From contig OZ210884.1 in assembly GCA_964658305.1 (NCBI GenBank), positions 7,006,001 to 7,070,000 of the forward strand: a stretch of DNA of 64,000 nt. Reading direction: 5' to 3'. Both the position numbers and the translations under genes were made by a program. Below the pieces are notes generated by a model. That model was not told the origin of the DNA, made no database searches, and saw only the letters and a list, made by a program, of their open reading frames with translations. The stretch is from Leptogorgia sarmentosa (Eukaryota). Below are positions 26,396-38,300 of the stretch, piece by piece. Numbering within the stretch: the stretch's first letter is position 1; each line of letters opens with the position of its first letter.

Positions 26396-29300
26396 ATGTC
26401 GAAAATTAAGATTCAATTTAGTCAGGATTTTCGGATGTTCAAGCGAGAATTTTGCGCTAATAAAAATCAACTCACCACAAAATGTTTTGGAAAAATATCT
26501 AGGTTTCGTGGACCAAGGTATTTGAAGATTAACTCATGTTTAATTGCCTGGAATATTTGGGATAACTAAGGAAAATAAGATCCTGTACTAAGGAATTGTA
26601 AAAGAACACCAATTCAATGAATTGCAACATTATCTCATCAATAATTGCTACATTGATATGCCATATATGGTCAATGTGTAGGTCAATCTATACTGATGGT
26701 GATTCGTCTGGGCTAAACTGGTGGTAGAATAGTCAATCAGCTATATTATCGATGAATTTCTCGAGCAATTGAGCAATTGTGATAAGCCAGCAAAGATCAG
26801 TGTATTGGTAGCGCATTCATGGTCTTATACATGAAATGTTTTACAGATCATTGCCCACGAATGCGAAGAAAGAGTACGATTTAAATCATGGTTCACCAAA
26901 CGATTTAGGAAAGACAGACAAGATGCCTTCTACCAAAGCTATGCCGGCTCGTCTTATTGTCGGAGGTACTGACTTACTACGTACATAATACTAAAACCTA
27001 CATACATTACAAGGAAGCGAACCGGCAATAGCAGGTCTAGTATTATGCAATTAATATACATACAATTGTCATGTGTTCGTAAATACGATATATATGAAAC
27101 CATACTATATTACTATATATACTATATATAATGCCACTGTGGCTAGGTTATAGAATATACCCGTCCACTTTTGAAACTGTGACTTGTTATCATGATACGC
27201 GATGATACGAAGTAAGAATAATTACGTAGCTATTATATAGCGGAGTATGATATATTTTTTCCTGGTACGATGATAGTGATAAGAAGTGACATGTGATATA
27301 CCAGAGTATTCAAAAAACACGTTTACGTTACTGTTAGGGACCTAGAGTTAGTGTTTACTGTTAGGCTAAGCGTCATGTTAACCTCGTACCCAGGGTCTTG
27401 ATCCCCTGGCCCTGGGTACGAAGTTGTGTTTACTCTTACGGCTAGTGTTTACTTGCCTCTTGCTATTTGAGGTCTTTGGAAAACTCACAAGTGTATGTTA
27501 ATTCCAAATCCGACGAGAAATCATGCTTTTACTCGTTTCTCTAAATGCTTGACATAATAAACCCGTTTTATGCTCGCACACTCGAAATACTCGCGAGTGC
27601 AGCGAGTGATCTATTTTGCGAGTGAAGCGAGCATTTCTTGTCAACATGATTTGCGCGTACTCGCGAGTAGCGAGTCAAGCGAGTACTCGAACGACTCGCG
27701 AGTGACTCGCGCGTACTCGCGCTACGCGCGAGTTGAGTGTGTTACTTTATTATTTACCCAATTTTGATTGGTTGATTTACCGGCAAATAACTGCCTGCAA
27801 ATTAATGATAGTTGGTGCGGCTGCCATGTTTTTTTTTATGCAATCCGTAGTTTGAGTTCTAATTTCATTGGTTCAAAGTGATAACGGAAAATTGCACTGT
27901 GATAACAAAAATTGCACCGTGATTACAGAAAATTGCACTGTGGTTACACAAAATTGCACTGTGAGTCTGTGATTACACAAGATTGCGCTGGGATAACAGA
28001 AAATTGCACTGTGATTACAGAAAATTACACTGTGATTACAGAAAATTGCACTGTGATAACAAAAATTGCACCGTGATTACAGAAAATTGCACTGTCACAA
28101 AATTGCACTGTGAGTCTGTGATTACACAAGATTGCGCTGGGATAACAGAAAATTGCACTGTGATTACAGAAAATTACACTGTGATTACAGAAAATTGCAC
28201 TGTGATTACAGAAAATTACACTGTGACTACAGAAAATTGCACTGTGATTACAGAAAATCGCACTGTAATTACAGAAAATTACACTGTGATTACAGAAAAT
28301 TGCACTGTGATAACATAAAATTGGACGGTGATTACAGAAAATTGCACTGTGATAACAAATTATTGCACTGTGATAACATAAAATTGCACTGTGATTACAG
28401 AAAATTGCACTGTGATTACACAAAATTGCACTGTGATAACACAAAATTGCACTGTGATAACATAAAATTGCACTGTGATAACACAACATTGCACTGTGAA
28501 TTGTGATTAACTGCACTGATCATGAAATGAACCAACCACAGTCTAGAAGTACTTTTATGTATATCATTACCTTATCACCCTAACCCTATCACTTCGTATC
28601 ATCGTATCACGAAAAAATATATCTTGCTCAGGCTTTCTTATCATTACCCCCACAGAAGATGAATTGGATGTGTCTAATTTCTTGTTGTAGTTGTTGCAGG
28701 CCGTAACTTAATCAGCATGGATGTTGGAGGAAAATCAGATCCATATTGTATTCTCAATGTTGGCGAAGAAGAAGCGAAAACAGACATACAGTATAGCACT
28801 GTGAATCCTGAGTGGAATGCAAGTTTCAGTTTCTCTCTATATAATGGGCCACATTTTCAATCAACTGGTTAGTGTGTACAAAAAAATACAGGAACTACGG
28901 CTAGCTGGTATTGATTCATTGTGTAGAATAATGTGAGATAGGAGTTAGTTGTACAGCATTATCATCTCTATAAGAACACGTGGCTACATTAATTTTCTTC
29001 CCTCTACATTTCTCATAAGTTGGATTTCGCAAAACAGACTTTGAGGCAAATGAATGAACTTAGTCACCTTCCCATTTCCCTCCTTGCACCGCATTAACAA
29101 GATCTCGTGAGGGTTCCAAATGTAATAGAAGAAAAAGTGAGGAACTTTCGTTTCGAAGTAAGGAGATGCGCTAAATGGCAATTTTAGAAATGATGAATTT
29201 TAATTTTCTCGGAAGTGGTAGCCCCTAAATCTACGAAAGTTGGCCATCACTGTACCTGATGAACCACGGGATTAGCTTCCCCCGCTGACACCAAATAGGA

Positions 29301-32300
29301 TTCATGATTGTAACTATCAATACTATGGTAAATCTCAGCTAGAAACGCATAAAATAGCATTTGAGAAAGTTTAAATTTGACCATTTCTTGGAATTGGATC
29401 TGCGGAACCTTCTACAGCGTCTCGCACCACGGGAATGCTCTTTCCACAATCCTACTCAAGCCGCTTTTCAGTTTTTTCAGTGCCCCCACTACTGGATTGT
29501 ATTGAATAATTATTGATGCTGACCCTGTCTATCGATCGAGAAATAGATAGCGAGTATTATTTGCAACAAGACGCCTATCAGGCGTTCACTCGGGCTACTT
29601 AGGTTTGATTATTCATAAATGACGAACCCACTGGCAGTGCGCTACTACTGTACGACGTATGATTCTACTAACTATCTGATTCCACAGGCAGTAAAGAAGA
29701 TGAAGATGACAACTTGGATCAATGTAAAATCCATTATGTCATTATTGATGTATGGGATAAGGATACACTGAATCGCGACGACTTCATGGGCCGTGTTATG
29801 GTGCCAGTTTCATTTCTGAATCATGAGAGTTTGTGCGGTTGGTTTCCACTGGGAAGAACTACTACCCGGGATGCGCAGTTTACTGGAGAAATTTACCTCG
29901 AACTGCGCATTAAATCGCAACTGGTAAGACATGCAATACATGCAATACATGCAAGCACAGCAGAACCGATGAGATGTACAGTATTTGTCACACTCGTAGA
30001 GTCTAATAATTCAGTCATTGTCCATTTTCCTTCCTTTCAGCCCATTACAAGGTGGAATGCCGATGATCAGTTGCATAAACATTGTGATGAAATTACAGAT
30101 TTTAGACTTCCAATTCAATGTCCGTCTACAGTTCTCAGTTTTCCCGGTAGGGATTTTTTTTTGCTATCCACAGTGAAGCTCTTATTAGCTCTTATTAGCT
30201 ATGTATGTAGTTGTGAATTGATATAAAAAGATACGATCTTGCCAGTACTTCTGATTGGGCAATTGATCGCCCGATGGATTCCTGCTTCTTGTATTCTCTT
30301 TGCATATTCAATGCATTGAATGTTTCTTTTTGAAAGTTGGCTTTTGTTTCTAAGGTAAAACAGAACGTGTTGAAATGGTTCTGGAGAACGTTGTTATTGA
30401 AATCAGTAAACATCGAGACATCGGAACTGTTTATTTAACAAACTACAGGTATATTCCTATTGGTCTTATATACGACAGCACTATCCTTGTGATAGTAACC
30501 TTTAATTAAAATGCCAGGCCTAATTTATCCTTTATCCAGGTTGTTGATCATTTGCAAATCAAATGACAAAGTGTCAGAGGTGAGAGAATCTAGTGAACGA
30601 TGATCGAGAATCGAGCTTGGAAATACCGAAAGCATAAGCATGTATATATATGTCAAAGGGATATATCATTCAAACCTTTAATCTTGAATATAATCTTGAA
30701 CATACCACTGAAACTATAATGCAATTACGCCCTTCGAATTACTGATCAGGGGAGTCGTGTCTATTATGACTGTTTGCCTGTTTCATGATAATGAGTTTAG
30801 CACAAGAATGTACCCTTATTTATTTTTCAGGATAATTCCATGTGGATTGCCTTCAAAAATATCCAGTCTGTTGACAAGGGTGTTGATGAAAAGGTACTCA
30901 TGTTATCTTTAGTAATAAGTTGTGAACCAAACTTGTCTTTGAATTAAATGAGTTTGTCAAAACCTGATAAAATGTACAAGACATTAGTAGTATATTGCAA
31001 TGAGTAGCTATTTATAAGTTGCACCTTAATGATTGAACGTGGTATAATTATTGAAAGAATGCAAATGATGGCGTTAGCTGTTCTTGTTTGAAAACATAAA
31101 AGTTCATCGACTGACTTACGTCATATCATTCGCAAACTAAAACGACTGGATTTATTTCCGTTGTGATGTCAGAAATATCGGCCTCAGGTGTATTTTCTAG
31201 AAACAGAAGATTATGTAATGCATCCATTACCATTAACATTTAGGCTGTGCGAAGAAGTTTGTCTGGTAACCGTCGAATATCTGTCGTAAAATGCTTGACT
31301 ATTGAATGTTGTGACTTCAAAAAAATCAGTCTAACCTTTGTTGACTTCGGTCAATCAGTTCAACCATCGATCAGTCTGACTGAAACACTCAGACAGTCGT
31401 TCCTCATTCCCGAGTTCAACCCCAAGCAGGGGGAAATTGTAACTCAAGAAAATGACATCCTCACCAATGGCTCGAAATTTCACGTGTTGCATGGTAACGA
31501 TGGTGATGATGGCGACAATGTATCGCTGAGTGAAGATGATGACGTCGAAGAAGGAGAGGAGCTTACAAATGAGTACATCAAACCAGCTCGATCTTCACCA
31601 CGGGTAATCAAACGTAAGTTAATAAATTAGTTTGTATTTTGCTCATATATATATAGGATATTACACGGTTGCGAGAAGATATGGATTTTATGTTCGAGTG
31701 GCAAGAACAATATCTCACGAGTGAGCGCAGCGAACGAGTGAGATATTGTTCTTGCCACGAGAACATAAAATCCATATCTTCGAGCGAACCGTGTAATGTT
31801 CTGTTTATTATATGGACTTATTCAAAGTGACACAAATACACAACAACTACCCTTTTAATGAAAACAGTCTGAAACACAACAATAAATGGCTTTACAATTA
31901 GCCTTTGCTCAATATAGATTAAACACGACAAACGCGGTACAACAGAAGTTTCAAAATAAAGTGTTATTTATTGGCTCTGGCTTGAGTCTGAGGAATCTAA
32001 TGTTATGATTCTTCTTCGTTTACGTTTTTGACTGCAGAGCTGTGGAAGTTGTTGTTTTGTCGGTACGCCACTTGGGTAAACATTGACAGTTCCAATTTGG
32101 CAACTTTGAAAAAGGCTTCCTGTTGGCATATTTGTGGAGCTGACTGGTAAAAAACTAGTTGAAGTGCTGATTTGCTCGTCGATCGAAACAGAATGACTTT
32201 TAACTGAGTTGCTAGCAGTTTGAACGGCGGATGCACCTGATAAGAGACCAGAAATTTGCTGTTGTTTCCTGTCTGATAAAGTCGAGTAATTGTTTATCGA

Positions 32301-35300
32301 AGCAACGTTCTTATGTCCAGTAATTTGCATGATTTCGGTTGGAGGGATGTCGTTATCAACAAGCTTTTGAACTAAATGCTTTCTTGTGCTGTGATTTACT
32401 AGCTTCTTGTCAGTTTCCAAGCCCGAATCTTCGACCATTCTCTTCAACATATTTCGCAGTGAATTTACACCAAGTGGAGAACATTTGTACCATTGTTGTT
32501 CTTCGCTTTTCGGAACTTCAATGTTTACAGCCAAGTAGAACGGAGATTCATCTGCCAACATTCCAGCTGGTCTACGAGCACGGTAGGCCAAGTAACTGTT
32601 GATCGGACAACGATCTGGGTTACTCTTGTTTTCGTACATTTGAGGCTTTTTTGATCTAAGGTTTCGTGGGTTTTCGCCAGTGCGTGTTTTGGTTTGTCTT
32701 TCTCGACAGAACTCGATAAAGCGAGTTCCTTCCGAATCTTGTTTCAACTCCAAATCACCCCAACGAAGATCTCTTTGCTCTTTGCCTGGTCTCATACCAA
32801 AATGAATACAATTGTTCAACCAGACAGTATTCAGCAAGGCTCTCGGTGAGTTGGTTCCCAATACTTTGCGATCATAAAAATGATTGATGTCTTCATCTGA
32901 CAGCGGGTCGGCAGCGTTTGGACGATTCCCTTGGCCGAGAGATTTTAACTGTTTTTGTTTCTTTTTAAGTGTGTCTTGCACATCGTAGAATACTCTGTCG
33001 TTCAGAACAGAGAAAGCGTAGTGCTTTTTTCTTAGATAACGGTCAATGCTTTGGACAAATGCTTTGACAGACGACGGCTCGTACTCGTTGCCGTTTTGCT
33101 TTCGTACAGACAAAATGAAATTCTTTATAATCGGTTGAAGTTCTTCCGGGGGAATGTCCTGTATCTCTCTGTCCTCAGTACTGTTGTAAATTGCAAGGAA
33201 TTCCTTGAAAATGCCGATATCGTATGTCGTCTTTTTGGCTGTGTTTTTATTTTCTTGTTCGTCGCAAAACGTATTAACGTCTTCTTCGCTTAAGTTAACG
33301 AACCTTGAAGTTGAAGCCATTTGTAAACAACGAAAAAGGCGGGAAGGTTATGTCACCCCTAAGCGTGACATACGGAAAATACGCGCACCGTATCCCGGAT
33401 GTAGTGGCGTATGAGTTCTACGAGTGTTTTAGTTCCCAATAAAATACCGCTGTCCATATAATAAAGTATAATTATCCTCAGTGCTGTTATGGAAACCGAA
33501 TCCTGTCCCATGGTTCAAGATCGCCTAAAATCGCCTGAGATCGCCTGAGAACACCTAAAATTGCTCAACATTGCCTATGATCGACATATATTACATACAA
33601 AGAAATAAGTATTCTGGACTTAATAGGGGTCTGAATTGAGAGAAGGCATCAACTGTTTTTTATAATTCCAAATAAACCTTACATAATATCAACCAAGATT
33701 GCCTAAGATCGCCCAAGATTGGCTAAGGTCGCTCAAGATCGCATAAGAACGCTCCAGATCGCCTTTGGCATTTTCCCTAATATCGCCTAATATCGCAATT
33801 ATAATCGCGGCGTGTTTCTTACTATAGCTATTTAATAATTGGACTACAAATTATAATTTTTCTTCCGTAGGCAGTTTCTCGCCTTTGACTAAATCACTTG
33901 GCGACATTGGTCGGATGTTAGCTAACGTTCAAGGTGTATTTACTCCTAACTCCGCCTCAAATACTCCAACTGAAGAATCTCCGATTAAAGATGACAATGA
34001 TGAAGTCAGTAATCAAAACAGGTTATTGACTTATTGTTTTACTTTGTAACTCTTTTATCTTTTCATACTGAAACGTTTCCTTATTACTGTACCCTGTATA
34101 TTGAACAAGGGGCATGATAACCTTCACAATCGTTTTGAGAAAATGCCTACAGTCTCTGGTTATTCTTGAATGATAATAGTATGTTCTAAATTACGTTTCT
34201 CTCTTCAGCTTTATTCATGAATACGTTAACATGCTGTATGTCAGACTTTCCTATTTAATACTCAGCGTCACAGAAATACCGCTGTCTAAAGAATTTGTCA
34301 GGTTGGTTTATGTAATGTACTACACGTATGTACTATACGCAGTATTACAAAGTTAAAAGTTTCTATATCACAGGAAAAATACAGTTTTGATTTTATGTCC
34401 TTAAAGTTATTTGTCTCATTTCCTTTGTTTCAATTTTAAACAATTAACTCTATACTTTTTTTATATATTTTAATGGACAACATATAGAGCATTTCCTCAA
34501 AGTAGTTCAAGTGGCTGGGACGTGTACAATGTTCAGGATGAATTTCAGAGACAGGAGGTACAGTACAGCCCTGCAGGCCCAACTCCTCTCCAAAGACTAA
34601 TATTATTTTGCATTATCTATTCGAGCCCGTCCATTATTCTGTGTGTATATATATTGAATTTTAATCCAATGAAAAAGGGCTTCAAATTTCTGGTGATCGC
34701 TCATTCTTATAAACATCACCAACAAACAACCGAAAAAGACGTTGTTTCAAAACCTTATAATAATTATTTCATAAAAATTACAGTAATGTGTTGGAAGTAA
34801 GTTTTAATCACTCGTAAAGAGGGCCTTGTACCTCGGAAGTTTTCTCTGAAATTGTTGAACGTCCACGAGATTTTTGTTGAATCCAGTGAAATTACTCTCT
34901 AACAAAAATATACAGCTATACCAATAACAACTTGAATTAGAAACGTTCTTTCCTCAAGTGAATAAATGTATTAACATCACGATACTCCAGTCACTATGAG
35001 GTCAGTCACTTGCATTTTACTTTTCCCAGGTGGATGAAAATTGGCGGCTGTCAGAAATGAATAAAGATTATAGTATTTGTCATTCATATCCAAGATATCT
35101 TTATGTGCCTGCAGGTGTTCAGGTGGGTTGCATCAGGCATAGTCTTGTTGTCACCATAGTTATATACGATTGACTTTCGAAAATAAATCGTGCTCGTGTT
35201 ACCACGCAATTTCTTGTTTCCCAGAAACCTCCACGCGTGTTTCTATAACTCTATAGAAACACGGAAAGTGTTTTTTCTTAATTATAAAATAGTAACTTGT

Positions 35301-38300
35301 TCGCAACGCGCGTTCAGATTGGCTGAATTTTATTTTGGAATCAGGTCATCTTAACACGGAAACCGTGAATTTGTTTATATTCGTAATTTCAAAGCCAAAA
35401 GATTTGTTGTAAAACCACGTTACTTATATACTGTTAGCTATACAGTGTTTCACGGCCGAGTGCCTTTTTTTCTATTCTCAAGAGGTTCATTTCAATTCGA
35501 AACCCACTCACTTAAATCTATCTCCAAAACGAGAAACAGGCTGTGAAGTGCCATGTCTGTGTTTTCATTCAATATAGGACGATATTTTGCAGAAATGTGC
35601 AAACTACAGAAGCAAGGTATGCGATCACTATGTAACATATTATCAATATTGATACTATACAGTATGGTTAAACCTGTCTAAACTTCAAATATCTGTTAAA
35701 TCCTATTTAATTTGGTTCTTTAAAATGGTGCAGTTTCACGCCGTGCAGTTTACCACCTAAATGTTGCGGAATTGTTTCAATGTTTATGCACTATTGGTGT
35801 TTATGGCAAGTGCTGTGTTCTTAGCGTGATATGTAGCCTATGAAAACTGTTCTTTGAATTCCAATATTACAGGGTCGTCTGCCAGTCCTATGTTGGTTTA
35901 ACAAAAAGAAAGGAAACTTTATCATGCGATGTGCTCAACCAAGAACTGGACCAAGAAAGAAGGTACTGTACTATTACATTTTTTTTGTCTTCGGTTATAC
36001 TTTAGTTTTCGTGATAGTCATATTTTTATAGTAAACATCAGGACGTGTGTGAAGAGTCAACACCTTTTAGAAACAGTACATATCGCGTGGCCTCGTATTT
36101 TCCTGCACTATAGTGGCATTTTGGAAACTTAGACAAGCGATGACGATCATTTTTCGTGTTTTTTTAATTTCCAGTTCAGTGTAGATGATGAATATGTAAT
36201 TCAAACAGCAATAACCTCAAACAAGGCCTCCCAAAGTTTAGTGATATTCGATGCAAGATCGGTAATCGCTGCTTCAGGCAACCAACTTAAGGTAAATGGA
36301 TTTTTTCACGCATTTGATGTAAGTCAGGCTAATTTTTTGCGCATGCACCAGTGCACTATTTATGTCTTTTCATGTCTTTTCCACTAGGGCAAAGGAACAG
36401 AGGATATCGAACGCTACCCCGGATGTAAACTGACATTTCTTAATATTCCCAACATACATGCGGTGCGAGACAGCCTGGAGAGACTTCAAACAGCTTGTAA
36501 AACATCTGAAAAGAAATGGTTTTCCCAACTGGAAGCGTCTGGTTGGATGGCATATATTTCTTTAATTTTGCAGGTAATTTAAATTACATTTCAAATGTGT
36601 ACACAATCATGTAGATTTGAAAAAAAGTTTTATTAATTATATTAATTATATATTGTTTATTTTTGCCTCTCCAAAACAAGCGGCTAACTGACGTTGATTT
36701 TATATGTCTTAGGGAGCCATTACAATCGTCCGCCATGTTGACGAGAAAGGTGTGGCTGCTTTGATTCATTGCAGTGATGGATGGGACAGGACAGCACAAC
36801 TCTCTGCTTTAGCGCAAATTATTCTTGATCCGTTTTATAGAACAATAAAAGGATTCCAGGTTATTATTGATAACTTTATTTATATTTAAAAAAGGTACAA
36901 AGGAAATCACAATTTTCTCTTTGCTGATTAGGTTCTTATAGAAAAAGAATGGGTATCGTTTGGACATCGCTTTCGAGACAGAAATAATCACCCTTCTTCT
37001 AACAGCAACCAAAGATCACCGATATTTCTTCAATTTCTCGACTGTGTTTGGCAGGTTAGTATAAGATAGCGTTTCACGAAACTATGCAGCGTAGAAGAAC
37101 ATCACTTTTAGACCTTTAAACACACAGCTAGACATGGAGCTATCCCGAGGCAAATGAACTGCTTACCGTATTGTACTGTATTGTTCAGAACACCCTGATG
37201 ACTTGTGTCGGTATTTAGAGATCACCTCCGCCTAAGTTTATAACGAAACATTAAACCCGAGAACTGAAGATTGTTACTTTATGTTAATTTATGTTAATTT
37301 ACCTCCAGATATTGATCCAGTTTCCCAGCTCATTTGAATTTACTGCGGAATACCTACTAAGGATTGTCGACCACTTGAACACAGGGTGGTAAGTATGTAA
37401 AATTGTAATTAGCAGATTTTCTACTCCAACTAGTACTATTTCTACGATTATTAATGGACGAAAGAAGTTATCATTTGTCCTATTTTTCGATGTGACAATA
37501 TTTAAATTAATTAACATCTATCAAAAGAAAATCGCGCTGGAGATCACAAAGTTTTAATGCCCGTTAACACGAGCGATTTCCCTGCGATTTCTAATGCGAT
37601 TTTCTCCATTGAACGAATGTTCAGGTGATGAACCACGCACTCAGCACATTCGCCATCAATCCTCTCGTTCACATCCTCAAAATGAGAAAATCGCAGCAGA
37701 AAATCGCTCGTGTAAACGGGCCTTTAAGCTTGCACGGACCGTTAAATTAAAATCGTTGTACAAACTCGTGGAGACCTTCCAAATTCCTCGCTGTTTGATC
37801 TACAAAAAAACACGTTTTTTCTTTCATTCTTTAAGGTTTGGCACGTTTATGTGTAATAATGATAAGCAGAGAAACGATGAAGCAAAGTCCCTGAGTACAA
37901 TCTCACTGTGGGCGCACTTGGATAACATACGTGACGCGTTCACGAACGAAAATTATCTTCCAAATGATGAGGTATGCGATGCTTGTTGCCAGCTAAGCGA
38001 GTTGCTTTTTTTTTGTTCGCGCCAACAAATTCGCCTCTGTGGAAAACAGGTTTTCCACAGCCTTAGATATTTCGTTACTAACTAAGAATTTACCATTTAT
38101 TTGTACCAGGTGCTGCATCCAACATCAAATTTGCGTCGCCTTCCTCTTTGGTCGGACTATTATTTACGTTACGATGAGACATTCTGGGCCAGCAATCAAT
38201 TATTTGATATTTACAGACAACCAACTGACGATGATGTAATAATAAAATGTTGATCATTTTCAATTCTCATTATCCGTGTGTATACGTTAAGTGTTGTATC

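Noticed and set aside
27879..28500. CRISPR-like appearance of regular repeats (also 5538-5780 and 23455-24960)
   Set aside because: Units are contiguous with no unique spacers, there are no cas genes, and the context is eukaryotic.
27983..28516. Repetitive ORFs (ITENCTV / HCDYRKL / HSAIFCN repeats)
   Set aside because: By-products of a 21-bp minisatellite open in several frames on both strands, inside a myotubularin intron whose flanking exons already join in frame.
37195..37255. CTGATGA...GAAAC possible hammerhead
   Set aside because: No convincing stem II, stem III or NUH site.
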